A stretch of DNA of 64,000 bases, from the NCBI RefSeq assembly GCF_030684315.1, contig NC_081397.1, positions 9,238,001 to 9,302,000 of the forward strand. The letters run 5' to 3'. The stretch's first letter is position 1. Every line of letters starts with the position of its first letter. Origin of the DNA: Stegostoma tigrinum. Lineage: Eukaryota. A model generated the notes under the pieces. It did not search any database. It saw only the letters and a program-made list of their open reading frames with translations, and was not told where the DNA came from. Positions 37,797 to 51,216 of this stretch are shown here, one piece after another. Both the position numbers and the translations under genes were made by a program.

Positions 37797-39482
37797 TTCA
37801 TGCGAGCACGAGATTGTGACAGCGAAAAATCACGTGCACTCAGTAGCATTCTCTGTCAGGTGTTGGCACAGGACATGGGCATTTAAAAGTCATGTTACTT
37901 AATTGTTCTGTCTCTGCCTGGGACACGTGTTGGGCAAACGATCAAGACTGTCCCTGCTCAGTTACTGATGTGAATGTTTCCACCCATATCTGTACTCATT
38001 ACCTACCTCACATATGGTTGGTGTAACTATGCAATGGCATGAACTAATTATTCACCTTAACAAGGTGCACTAAGTATTCCTTTTGTGATACAGGAAAGCC
38101 TCCGGAGACTAATTAATATCTCCATATGAAGCTTTTTCCCTAATGCTTTTAGTGATCTTTGTATTTTATTAAGTACATATATTTCGAGATTTCAACATAA
38201 TTATATGAAGAATCTTTAAATAAAAGTATTTCTTAATACCATGAATAATTTCAAAGAAACAACGAATTGCTTCATATGTTTTTTTTCTGCAGTTTTTATG
38301 AAATTCTAGGCTGACTGTCATCTGGGATCATTCACGTCACTTTCCCGAACTGACTCTGTTCACCTAAAGGGACAACTTCCATTCATTAATGAGATTGGAA
38401 TTAATTATAACTGTAATTGAATGAACGTGTTTGATCCTCTGGTACTTATGTGAGCCATAATCCCATTAGTTCATCTGTTTGTTATTGCAGGAGTTTACCG
38501 TCCCCTTCAATGTTTGTTCCAAATCTTCAAACAGTCTCGCACAAACCTTCTTGCAGTTGTTTATGCAAATGCTCCCTTTTGTGTCAGAATAACATCTTCT
38601 CTTCTAATAGTAACACCTCTAATTTTTTATTCATTCACAGCATGATGGTGTTGCTGACTCGGCTTGCATTTATTGCCTGCACCTAATTGCCCAGAGAGCA
38701 GTTCAGAGTCAACCTCATTGCTGTGGGTCTGGAGTCACACGTAGGCCAGACCAGGTAAGCATGCCAGTTTCCTTCGCTCAAGGACACAAGTGAGCCAGAT
38801 GGATTCTTTTTCCTGACAACAGACAATGGATTCATTGTCATCATTACATTCTTAATTCCAGATGTTTTTTTAATTCAAATTCCACCATCTGCTGTGGCAG
38901 TGATTGAAGCCATGTCCCCAGAATGTTGTCTGGTCTCTGCATTAACAGTCCAGTGATACGACCACTAAGTCAATGCCTCCCAGATCTGGTGGCCTTTGTT
39001 CAGAACTGAGGAAGCATACCAGGCCTGAAACGTTAACTCTGATTTCTCATCACAGATGCTGCCAGACCTGCTGTGCTTTTCCAGAATCTTCTGTTTATTA
39101 ATTGTCTTCCTTAGTCACTGATAACATCTAAAGTTTCCTTCCATGTCTGTACCCAATATCCACTCCATACATGGTTATATTGTAACAGTGACAACTTGAT
39201 CTATTTATATACCTTGACTGTAACTTTAAAAATGCCCTTCCTCACCAAGCATTCAATGCAGTTAGTGAGCATATATTTGTGATGAAGATTCAATTAATCC
39301 CTCTTCAAATGCTAAAAATGGCAATGGGCTTTCAAAGACGAACTTTACTGGAATTGCACTGGGTTTTGTTGATGTTGTTTGGCCCTTGGATTGAATGTAG
39401 ATATCTGGAATTTGAGCTCAATGCAAGTCTTACCCCTATGACTGTGGAAAGTAAATTCTCCACTCTGACAGTGCTAACATAC

Positions 39483-39561
39483 CTGCTGTTTGGTTGGAGC
39501 AGCTGGTCACACATGCTGTACCAAGTAAATATGAAATTGCCTTGGCCCATCAAGTATTTGC
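39483..39561 (-). other. Putative exon 2 (79 nt) of unknown gene, copy B
   Basis: ttcttcctccag|...|GTATGT; 3 nt shorter than copy A, so the frame is kept: KYLMGQGNFIFTWYSMCDQLLQPNS. Confidence 0.5.
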
Positions 39562-39874
39562 CTGGAGGAAGAACAGAATTCTCCTGTAAATCAACATCCA
39601 ACGAGTTTGCAAATATTAAAACTGATCAAGGCAAAATTGAATTAATACTCATAACACTTCGTTGTTTTAAAGCCAACAATTCAAACAGAGAAGAGGCTGG
39701 CTCCATAATTTACCTGAGCTCCTCCTCGTCTCTTTCTTTACGCGAAATTCTGAAACAATTTATTAAGATGCAATGAATTGAATGCTTACACAGTTCAATA
39801 CCCAGCTCCCAATACACTACCCATTTAAAGGAAGGACAACAGACACTATTTAAAACGAAACACACTACGAGTGC

Positions 39875-40579
39875 AGGTGCAGAACACCTCCGCTCAGTTC
39901 GCAACAAACAACTGCACCTCCCAGTCGCAAACCATTTCCACTCCCCCTCCCATTCTCTTGATGACATGTCCATCATGGGCCTCCTGCACTGCCACAATGA
40001 TGCCACCCGAAGGTTGCAGGAACAGCAACTCATATTCCGCCTGGGAACCCTGAAGCCATATGGTATCAATGTGGACTTCACCAGTTTCAAAATCTCCCCT
40101 TCCCCCACTGCATCCCTAAACCAGCCCAGTTCATCCCCTCCCCCCACTGCACCACACAACCAGCCCAGCTCTTCCCCCCCACCCACTGCATCCCAAAACC
40201 AGTCCAACCTGTCTCTGCCTCCCTAACCGGTTCTTCCTCTCACCCATCCCTTCCTCCCACCCCAAGCCGCACCCCCAGCTACCTACGAACCTCATCCCAC
40301 CTCCTTGACCTGTCCGTCTTCCCTGGACTGACCTATCCCCTCCCTACCTCCCCACCTACACCCTCTCCACCTATCTTCTTTACTCTCCATCTTCGGTCCG
40401 CCTCCCCCTCTCTCCCTATTTATTCCAGTTCCCTCCCCCCATCCCCCTCTGTGATGAAGGGTCTAGGCCCGAAACGTCAGCTTTTGTGCTCCTGAGATGC
40501 TGCTTGGCCTGCTGTGTTCATCCAGCCTCACATTTTATTATCTTGGAATCTCCAGCATCTGCAGTTCCCATTATCTCTC
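39875..40579 (+). mobile_element. Penelope-like 3' fragment with 15-bp TSD
   Basis: ACACACTACGAGTGC at 39860-39874 and 40580-40594; MSIMGLLHCHNDATRRLQEQQLIFRLGTLKPYGINVDF; hammerhead box mutated to GTGATGA at 40451. Confidence 0.9.
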
Positions 40580-40951
40580 ACACACTACGAGTGCTGCGTT
40601 TATCCTTTACATGATTAACACATTTGTCTGTACTGTGACTTCTTTACGATTCAATGCCAATTCGCAACAAACAACGTGAAACAGAAGCTAAACGAGGAAT
40701 TACCATCAGCGTTCGGAGAATTAAATATCACAAGCCTGACCCCCAGCAGCAGCTTCTTGCCGCTGTGTCTCCCTCCGCAGGACCACACACAGCCCGAGAA
40801 AGGCCTCTCTCTCCCCGCCCTCAGGCCGCTCACTCCAAGTTCCGGGACCAGTTCCTGCTCCGCTCGGCCTCTTACCAACAGTCCCCGGTTCTCCCTGAAC
40901 TGAGCCCGAATCAATGCCGGTCTCGGAGCCCCCTCTGTGTCCCAGACTCAC

Positions 40952-41015
40952 ATCTCGATGCGCTGCTGGAAGGAGCCTGCTGTTCCCTCGCTTCCCTGGG
41001 CGCTGGTCTCTCCAT
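40952..41015 (-). other. Putative first coding exon of unknown gene, copy B
   Basis: gccgcgATGG, same 21-aa peptide and GTGAGT donor as 8122-8185; NRF1-like sites at 41092-41100 and 41162-41171. Confidence 0.5.
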
Positions 41016-41219
41016 CGCGGCCTGTTTCAAACAAACCGCTTCCACTCACTGAGTCAATGCTCCTCAATGGCAGCGCTGGGGGAAGGCCTCACGCATGCGC
41101 TCCTCCAGTCACAACATGCCTCTTTTTTGGTTGTTTTGGGGCGGGGGAGTGAAAAATTATCGCGCATGCGCTGCTTTTCACAAAGATTCCCATAAACAAA
41201 CATCAATTGGTCATTGACA

Positions 41220-41428
41220 GTAGGAACTGCAGATGCTGGAGAATCTGAGACAATAAGGTTAGAGCTGGATAAACACGGCAGGCCCAGCAGCGTCAGAAGA
41301 TCAGGGAGGCTGACCTTTCGATCCTCGGCCCTTCTTCAGAAAAGACTCCCGGCCCGAAACATCCTCCTTCCTGCTCCTCTGATGCTGCTGGGCCTGCTGT
41401 GTCCATCCAGCTCCAAACCTTGTTATCC
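41220..41428. mobile_element. Older Penelope-derived foldback insertion
   Basis: Imperfect ~70-bp inverted arms (GAGCTGGAT...CAGGCCCAGCAGC vs GCTGCTGGGCCTG...ATCCAGCTC). Confidence 0.65.
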
Positions 41429-42779
41429 AATGGTCTTTTCCGTAATTCCCTTTACTCCCAGTGTGAGCAAAGCAAGTGGGGCTGTTGGGGAAAGGGCAGG
41501 GAACGTTTCAAGCTGGGGCTTTGGCTCTTTCTGAACCTTCAATGGAGATTATTCCGGATCATGTTAATAACTGCCTCCCTCCGGCTCTCTTACAATCTGA
41601 TGGGGAAGCACTGATGCTGACGGCCATTCCATTCATTTAATGCGCTTCACCATTCTATAACATCACGTCGGATCTCATGTCAACTGCAGTTTTCATTCCT
41701 GCTGACCTTCGCCTCATTTTAACTCTGTCAAACTAACATACAGAGCGATGGAATAAATGGGACATTTGAAGGAAGGCAGAATACAACTGTTGGATGGAGT
41801 CTTGCGGCGCAGGGGTAATGTCACCATTTATGGGTCAGGTGGACCCTGCTGAAGTTACACACGAACGAAAGTTTTTCAATATCATATCTGAATGCCTCCA
41901 GATGCAAATACCAGTTTCGAATAGATGACTGATTTTGTATGCTGCAGACAGAAACCTTCTGATGAAAGGGATACCTCAACCACAGACCCTAAATGTTCTT
42001 GTTTACTCACTCCTGGGACGTGGATGTCGCTGGCTGGGCCGAAATTGTTTGCCCGTCCCGAGTCGCCCCCCGCGCCACCCCCCCGCCCCGAGAAGGTGCT
42101 GCCGAGCCGCCTTCCAGAACAATTGTCGTCCGTGTACTGCTCACATTGCCGTTAGTAGGGAGTTCCAGGGTCTTGATCCAACGACAGTGAAGCAAAGGGG
42201 ATATATTTCTAAGTTAGTATAGTGGGTGGCTTGGAGGAGAACTTGCCCTCGATCTTGCCCAGTGTTCCTAAACATCAGCCGCCCAAATTCTTTATACTGA
42301 TGTATTCGTGAGTATGGAAGGTGCTCTTTTTACAGTTTACAAAACTGTCTTTTCAGAGGGCAATTTAACACCGTTTTTGATCCACGGTGGAGGCGTACAA
42401 ATGGAGAAGAAAATGAACTTGAAAGAAAATAAAAGTCCCTGAACTTGGGGAACATTTCAAAATCTGGAATGAAGGAACAAACAAATGCATTGATTATGAA
42501 TGAGAAAATGAGGAAAAGTTTTTTACAATTGCAGAAATCTTTAAAAAAATAACTGTTAATGTCTTGATAAATATGTAAAAGGAGAATGGAAATAAATCTA
42601 GGTTGGTAAACACAAATGCACATCACTTACAATCAAAAAGAGGGGAGTCCATTGTGAGGAATAAAAAAAATGGCTATCCAACTGACTACTTACTGTTGTT
42701 CTATGTTCACACAGGGTGACACACATAACACGTCAGGAATGTTGTGGAAAACAGAGTTTAGTGAGAGGGAGACTCTGAA

Positions 42780-44810
42780 TCAAGCCAGTATTATTCAGTA
42801 AATTGTGTTGGGAAAATTGGTAGTACTGAAGGCTTGGAAGTACCGGGGACTGATAACTTATGTGCCAGAGCTCTTAGTGGCCATATTGGTGATGATGTTC
42901 CAAACCTTCATAGGTGCTACAATAATTTCCAAAGATTGGAGGGTAGCTAATGTCAACAATCTATTTGTAAAGGGAGTGTTGAGGTAAAACTTGTAATTTT
43001 AGACCATTCAGCCTGCAGGAAAAAAATGCAGATAATTGGAATGAAATGTCAGGATCAGACAGAGTCAGCATGGATTTGAAAGAACTGTTCCTCTGCTGTA
43101 CTATTCAATGTTCCCAGCCTGATTAATCTACTGGATTAGGGATGTTAAAGCAGAGCTGTTCATTTTAATTTACCAAAAAGCTTTTTTAACAAAATCCCAC
43201 AAAAGATGTTATCGTGTTAACACCAAGGAACTGTGATTGGTGCAAAGCATTCAGAATGATTAAAAAAAAAACTCTAGCTGGATAACAAGAGATATGGAGA
43301 GGGAAGAAATGATTTTTTTTTTCCTCAATGACAAGAATCAGTTTTAGGATCAAACGTCTTCACAACATGTTCACAGTAATTTAGATATTTGTAACAAGAC
43401 CCGGGTGTCTCCTACGCTAATCACTGAAAGTAAGCATGCAGATGCACCAGGCAATGAGGAAGGCGAGAGGTATGTTGGCCTTTGTGGAAAGTGAATTTGA
43501 GTACAGGAGAAACAGTGAATTGTGACAATTTATCAGGGCATCTGTGAGGCAACACATAGAATACTGAGAGCAGATTTGGCCTCCTTACTGAGGAAGGATG
43601 GTGTTGCTGTGAAGGTAATTTTAACAGGCAGATTGCTGGGATGGAAGGAGAGGTTGAATTAGTTGTGAATATATGTGCTGAAAGTTAGAAGAATGAGGGA
43701 TTCTCTTAGAAATCTGTAAGACACTGTCAGACCGAGAAAGTGTAAATGCAGAAAAATATTCCTGTTGGTAGGAGTCATATTTTTAGGAGAAAGGATAACC
43801 CTTTCATGACTGAGAAGCCGAGAGTCTACTTAATTCAGAAAGTGGTGATCTTGTGAAATTCCCTGCCACAGAAATCAGCCACGTTCAACACATTGTATGA
43901 GTTCAGTATGGTGCAGGTGTAGCACTTGTGGCCAAAGGGAAGCAAGGTATAATTGGCTGAATGGCAAGTGACAGAGAGTGAAGATGGAGGGTTGTTTTTT
44001 CGACTGTAGGCCTGTCATCCAGAGGTGTTCCCCAGGGATTGGGACTGAGTCCTCTTTCGCTTGTCATTATATAAATGATATGAATGAGAAGAGAGAAGTC
44101 ATGGCAAACACGTTTGTAGATGATAACAAACTCAGCAGCATAGTATTCAGAGGAGAATGAGTCCTAAGATATCAAATGGATCTCGATCCTTTACCTCGAT
44201 GGGCTGCAAAATGACAGATAGAATTCAATCTGGATGAATGCAACATTTTGCATTTTGGAGCAACTTACAGAAGTAGGCCTTGAATGATTAATGGTAGGTC
44301 CTTGGTAGTGTTGTAGGACCTATCCTGTTGAAGTCTGCATCACTTCTAAACGGGTTGTTTATGAAGGCATGCTTACCTTCATTGCACAGTCCTTTGAGAT
44401 TATGAGGTGGGTAGTCACATTGAGGTTGAGAGGTCACCTTATAGAAGTGTTTAAAATAATGAGGGGATGAGACAGTGTTGACTGACGTTGTTCTTTTCCT
44501 GAGTTGTGGGTGGCGGCTGGGGAGGAATTGAAGACTAGGGCGAACATTTTTCATGTGACGGGAGAGAAATTTTTAAAAAGACACTTGCGTTTTGTTTTTG
44601 AACAGAGCATGGGCGCATGTGGAATGAAGCTCCTGATGAAATCGTCTCTATGCCTACAACTATAACATTAAAACGACATTTGGATAAGTACATAAATAAG
44701 AAAGGAAATAGGCCAAGGACAGATCGGTGGAATTAGTTCAGTCTGGCATTATATTCGCCATGTTATGGTCGGACTGAAGGTTATGCATCCTTGTTGAATG
44801 TCTCCATGTG
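42780..44810 (+). mobile_element. Highly degenerate CR1 fragments
   Basis: DWRVANV and FVDDNKL remnants, plus CR1 3' UTR-like ends. Confidence 0.7.
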
Positions 44811-44891
44811 AGAGAAAAACGGGCACAGGCTATTGAGTTGGATGATCTGCCATTCTCATGATGAGTTGGAGGGGAGGTTTGAAGGAGCTGT

Positions 44892-44919
44892 CTGATGAAG
44901 GGTCTAGGCCCGAAACGTC
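44892..44919 (+). ncRNA. Minimal hammerhead core in a ~95-bp Penelope terminal insertion
   Basis: CTGATGAAGGGTCTAGGCCCGAAACGTC; flanked by GGTTTGAAGG at 44876-44885 and 44986-44995. Confidence 0.65.
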
Positions 44920-45724
44920 AGCTTTTGTGCTGCTGAGATGCTGCTTGGCCTGCTGTGTTCATCCAGCTTCACAATTTGTTATCTTGGTTTGAAGGGCTGA
45001 TTGGTTAGGTCCAGTTGACATTATTTATGTTTCTATTTCTGTTTATTCCCAGAACCGATGTTGAGTATTGTCAGCGAAATTAAAAATACTGATCTGGGTG
45101 ATCAATATAAGTTCAAACCAGATGATTGACTTTTGGAGCTGAATCTGGAGAAGAGCGAATCTCCGGCGCACAGTCCTCAGAGAGTTTAACACTTACTGAG
45201 GAGAAAAACTGCAACTAACTCCCTGGATGTCGGAGCAAAAGCTGAAAGGAAAAGAAAATATATCCTTCCACATTTACATTTGGCGATATTTCTGGCATGT
45301 GACTGTGTGGATGTGAATATTGAATCAGAGAGACAGTGCGAAAAGGGCGGGCGGGTTAGGCACACGTAACTGTGCTTGTCTGTCCGCTCATATCATGATA
45401 TTTCCGAATTTCTCTTAATCAGATCGAAAATAATTTCAATTCAAGTTATCCTCCTGCTCCCCCACTAAACCCCAAAGCTAGAATTCAAAGCTGTGTAATT
45501 GTTAATTTTAAGATTTCAGTCTGAAAGTGATGATAATGCCAGCGTTCAGCTCAGAGAGCGCGATGAGTGCAGCAGCAAAATGCGTTTAACTCGACAACGG
45601 AGCCGTCAATTCGAGTGAAAACGCTTCGGCCGCAAACCTTCCCGTGTCAGGGTCAGGAACGATCGAGCCTGGCTCTCTGGAGATGCGGAATTGCAGAGGA
45701 ATTGGAGAGTTTCTGCCGAGAGAG

Positions 45725-45731
45725 AAACACA
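45725..45731 (+). promoter_or_regulatory. H1 AC box
   Basis: AAACACA ~150 bp upstream of the H1 ATG. Confidence 0.75.
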
Positions 45732-45877
45732 GACAGGCAGCAGGAGCAGGGAGCTGAGGGCAGGTTGTCTCCGCGCCGTCCGCTCGCTGCCTTTAAGTTG
45801 CTCAGTGCCGCCACCAGCAGCTTCATTGCTGACCCAGTTCAGTTTGACAGAGAGAGATTCAGCGCAGAGTTCCCGAC

Positions 45878-46516
45878 ATGAGCGACAGTACAGCCGCCGA
45901 AACGGCTCCTCCAGCCTCCGCTAGCACCAAACCCAAGTCTCCCAAGAAGAAGAAGGCGGCGGCTTCCAGGAAGAAACCAGCCGGTCCCGGGTTGGGCGAG
46001 CGGATTGTGAAGATTGTCGGGGAGAACAGCGATCGGAAGGGGACGTCTCTGGTCGCTATAAAGAAGGCGCTGCAGAGAAGCGGGGTCAATGTGGAGAAGC
46101 AAAATGCACAGATCAGGATGGCTGCCAAGAGGTGCCTGGCGAAAGGCTCCCTGGTTCTGGTGAAGGGCCAGGGCGTCTCCGGCTCCTTCAAACTCGCAAA
46201 GAATCCAGTCAAGGCAAAAGTGGGAAAGAGGGCGAGACCAGCAGCAGCCGCCAAGAAAGCAGCCGTGAAGAAAACAACGAGCAAGAAGGTGGCAGCGAAA
46301 AAATCCCCAGCCAAGAAAGCAACAGGCAAGAAAGCGGGCGGCAAGAAGGCAGCAACGCCAAAGAAAGCGGCGAAGAAAGCAGCGCCGAAGAAAAAGACTC
46401 CCGTGAAGAAGGTGATAAAGACCAAGAGCCCCAAGGCCGCAAAGCCGGCCCCGAAATCGAGGAAACCGAAGGCCAAGCCCAAAGCGAAAGTGACCAAGAA
46501 AGCAGCAAAGAAATGA
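45878..46516 (+). CDS. H1: Histone H1 (linker histone)
   Basis: 212 aa; globular domain (SLVAIKKAL...VEK...KGSLV...GVSGSFKL), Lys/Ala/Pro-rich tail with S/TPxK motifs. Confidence 0.97.
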   Translation: MSDSTAAETAPPASASTKPKSPKKKKAAASRKKPAGPGLGERIVKIVGENSDRKGTSLVAIKKALQRSGVNVEKQNAQIRMAAKRCLAKGSLVLVKGQGVSGSFKLAKNPVKAKVGKRARPAAAAKKAAVKKTTSKKVAAKKSPAKKATGKKAGGKKAATPKKAAKKAAPKKKTPVKKVIKTKSPKAAKPAPKSRKPKAKPKAKVTKKAAKK

Positions 46517-46552
46517 AGCAGTCCGTGCAACGTGTAACGACCTGAACCCAAA

Positions 46553-46568
46553 GGCTCTTCTCAGAGCC
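46553..46568 (+). terminator. Histone 3' stem-loop (H1)
   Basis: CCAAA GGCTCTTCTCAGAGCC ACCA, then AGGAGAGAG HDE-like element. Confidence 0.95.
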
Positions 46569-46917
46569 ACCACATCTTTCAGGAGAGAGCTGAGCCCGGA
46601 TCAAATGATCCCTGTCCTAGCTCCGAGTGCAGGAATAAATTAGACACTAATTTATGTGAATAACCGTTCCGTATTTACCCACCGGATTTACACTCAGCCC
46701 CTCTTCCATACTCTACAATGTGTGAGTGTGAGGTCCTGCTCACATGGACCATAGGCTCTCGTGCTTTGTCAGTTCATGTCAGTCTGCTTTTCACACATGT
46801 AGGGAGAGAGTCTCAAAGAGACTAACACGCCCTGAAACTCCTCTTCACCACACAATCCCCATCAAATGATTTTGTCTCATTCAACTGGGGGAATAGAAAC
46901 TGACGTGGAAATTGAAG

Positions 46918-47380
46918 CAAGACAAAATTTGAGGCTGGATGAACACAGCAGGCCCAGCAGCATCTCAGGAGCACGAAAGCTGACGTTTTGGGCCTAGACC
47001 CTTCATCAGAGAGGGGATGGGGAGAGGGAACTGGAATAAATAGGGAGAGAGGGGGAGGCGGACCGAAGATGGAGAGAAAAGAAGATAGGTGGAGAGGAGA
47101 GTACAGGTGGGGAGGTAGGGAGGGGAAAGGTCAGTCCAGGGAAGACGGACAGGTCAAGGAGGTGGGATGAGGTTAGTAGGAGATGGAGGTGCGGCTTGAT
47201 GTGGGAAGAAGGGATGGGTGAGAGGAAGAACAGGTTAGGGAGGCATAGACAGGTTGGACTGGTTTTGGGATACAGTGGGTGGAGGGAAGAGCTGGGCTGG
47301 TGGTGTGGTGCAGTGGGGGGAGGGAAGAACTGGAATGGTTTTGGGATGCAGTTGGGGAAGGGGAGATTTTGAAGCTGGTA
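46918..47380 (-). mobile_element. Penelope-like terminal fragment
   Basis: Matches 30167-30630; hammerhead GAAAC mutated to AAAAC. Confidence 0.85.
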
Positions 47381-47404
47381 TAGCCCACATTGATAATGGA
47401 AGCA

Positions 47405-47626
47405 GAGGTAATGGGAACTGCAGATGTTGGAGAATTCCAAGATCATAAAATGTGAGGCTGGATGAACACAGCAGGCCAAGCAGCATCTCAGGAGCACAAA
47501 AGCTGACGTTTCGGGCCTAGACCCTTCATCAGAGAGGGCGAAGGGTCTAGGCCCGAAACGTCAGCTTTTGTGCTCCCGAGATGCTGCTTGGCCTGCTGTG
47601 TTCATCCAGCCTCACATTTTATTATC
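47405..47626. mobile_element. Penelope-derived foldback insertion with 15-bp TSD
   Basis: 90-bp arms 47438-47527/47540-47629 (2 mismatches, 12-nt spacer); TTGATAATGGAAGCA at 47390-47404 and 47627-47641; intact hammerhead core on the minus strand 47505-47532. Confidence 0.9.
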
Positions 47627-48327
47627 TTGATAATGGAAGCAACCGTGTTGTCTTGTTAAGAAAGGCCGGATCATGGGCGTTCAATTGTATCGCAACTGCT
47701 TAGAAAAAAATCCTGTTTTTGTCTGCTTCGAACATGAAGCTCGAGACCGCAGTTTTTTAATCCCGAAAGTTGTGTTCACTGCCGTTGTGGAGAATAGTTT
47801 TATTTACAGATCTAGTTGGGGGCTGGAGTTAACATATATTGCTGTATTTGTATTTCATTAACCGTTACAGGAATGATATTTCGTTCAGTTTTGATTCTGG
47901 GACACCCGTGGAAGTTTTAATTTACTTTCCATCTGCCTGTTGCAGGAAGCAATGCCAAACGCCCTCCCCCTTTCCTCACGCCTGTTACAGACAGATGAGG
48001 CAGTCCTGTCGTCCTGTCTCCGCTGATGTAGATTTTATTCAAAAAATTTAGTTTGCAAAGTACACGATTTGATCGGAGTCGGAGTTTATTTTCCTTTTAA
48101 ATATTTACCTTAAACTCAGGATCGCGAGGGTAAAATCGGCGGGCTTTTTGGAAGTGACCAACTGTCATTTCAATTTAAACCAAAAAATATTTTTCTGCCT
48201 TTTCAGAACCTTCCGGAGCTGTTTCTCATGGGGTTGAGGGACGGGACTCTAACAAATCCCAGCTCTAGGGCGAGCTCTCCATTCCCTTAAATAGGCAGCG
48301 CCGCCACAGGTTCAGCATTGAGAGTAG

Positions 48328-48762
<435 letters not shown>

Positions 48763-48806
48763 ACGGAGCGTGCCCGGCCCTGCACATTCACCCCGAGAAA
48801 CACAAC

Positions 48807-48822
48807 GGCTCTTTTCAGAGCC
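48807..48822 (+). terminator. Histone 3' stem-loop (H3 copy 2)
   Basis: GGCTCTTTTCAGAGCC. Confidence 0.95.
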
Positions 48823-49530
48823 ACGACACTATCCAGAGAGAGAGAGAACAGCAATCATTAGACACGATGGACTGTAGTTAATATAAACCCACAGCATACT
48901 ATTGATGTTATGTCTCAATGTCACCGCTGTTACAGAAACTTAGTGCATCTCTCAGGCCCAATAATTCCCCCGAGTTGTGAAACAGGTTTATAAGTGCTCA
49001 GTAATCACAACACAGTTCAAGTACTGTACCTAACATTTTATAAATTTCCGATTCAAACGCCTTTGCTTGCCAATTGCTTCCCTTGGCGTTTCCCCAGCTG
49101 CAACTGAAGTTGACGAATGAGGATGTTGGGAAACAGTGGCCAATTCGAAAAGCGCACCAAAATATACAAACGATTTTTATATTTCTGATCGTGCAATTGA
49201 AATTTTGCCTCATCTCACACGAGTGTATTCATTCGATCCTCTGAGGAGGCTCGGTTTAGTCTCGAACGGCCCCTTTCTTGCGGGGAGTTAGCGCATGTCT
49301 TTTGTTCCCTGTCGGCATAGTGATAGGGAAACCGCTGTGAGTTACTATTTAAAGTCGCTGTCCCTGCAGTAAAACTTTATTACTCCCCTCCGACAGCTGT
49401 TCTAGTTTTCTTTAGGTTAAGGCAAAAAGGAAACGGATATTTTTGCGCATTTAGTCCCGTGTTTGCACATAAAATTAAAGTAAACCAACCAGCAGTGACA
49501 GTCTAGCTGCTTTTCACTGACTTTGTGGGT

Positions 49531-49546
49531 GGCTCTTAAAAGAGCC
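49531..49546 (-). terminator. Histone 3' stem-loop (H2A copy 2)
   Basis: Minus strand GGCTCTTTTAAGAGCC ACCCA. Confidence 0.96.
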
Positions 49547-49576
49547 TTTGGGTTGTCAGGTTACAGAACGGTCTCT

Positions 49577-50029
<453 letters not shown>

Positions 50030-51216
50030 TTATACCTTCGGGAGGAATGGGGGTGCGGCCATTGCTGATTGGTCACATTGTTCAGTATCTCCTAATGTCG
50101 TTTCAATGCCCAATCAGATATCTGCTTCCCTCACCAATCCGGAGAGGGCCCGGGGAGGAGGCCGGAAAATCCCGGCGCCAAATCATCAACCGCTTTCTTT
50201 CAAACTCGAAAAGCCCGCCAATAGTTTCAAAACGGGTAGAAGTTTTACAAAGAAGAATGCGTTCATTCTTGAGATAATTTACTTTTAGAATACGCCTGTA
50301 TACTTCACACAATCTCTCTCTGATTCCCAGGCCTAAGTGAATCGATGTGATTATGATTTTGCTTTTTACCCTGATCCTTAAGAATAAACAGATGGCAGAA
50401 AAAGAGCCCGGCGTAAGTTGCTCTGAACAGATGCATTTTATTTCACATCAGCACCCGGATACATTGATAAAAGTATCACACAGCTGTTTCTTTGCCGTTG
50501 AACTCAATACTGCTTTAAACAATATTTTACAATCGCGCTCCCTATTGCACAAGATCAACAATATTTCTACTTTTGCGATGCCAGTCCGGCAGCTGTTCTG
50601 CTTTCATCTCGGTTCACTTTGAAATTTTCCCACCGACAGCAGAAAGCCTCATTTATAGCTTTCTGCAAAACCCGGGGAGATTTGAAAATAAAACAAAATT
50701 CCTCGGCGCGGCAAACGTAGGAAAATACCGGCGCCAAATCATCAACCGTTTTCTTACCGATTTGAAAAGCCCGCCAATATGGGCAATACGAGGAAGACGT
50801 TTTACATGAATGCGTATGATTTAATTTCCTTTTAGATTACAAATTGATCCTTGACATAACCTCTCTCGTTCTCATTCAAAACATCAGCGTCTTCCGAAAA
50901 TTTTGTGATTATTGTGTGAGATCAGACTTCCCTGTTAATCTCGGTTCATTTTGAAAGACTCTACCCGACAACGGGGAACCCCACAGACTGCATTCTGAAA
51001 ATAAATTCACGTAGAGATTTGGAAATTGAAAAACACAAATCGCACGATACTTCTGTTCGTATGTCTCAAATACGGGCTTATTGGTTTTGGTTACCACGAG
51101 AGAGAGTTGGGGTCGTTACCCACAGGGACAAAATCCTACAACGTGTACGAAATTGTAAAACTTAGTTTTTTTTTTCCTAAGAGGAATGAATAATTTAATT
51201 TTTCGCCGAACTTAGT

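Noticed and set aside
45839-46573. Long antisense ORFs over H1 (244 and 230 aa) and similar ORFs opposite H3, H4, H2A and H2B
   Set aside because: Shadows of GC-rich, codon-biased histone CDS; no independent signals.
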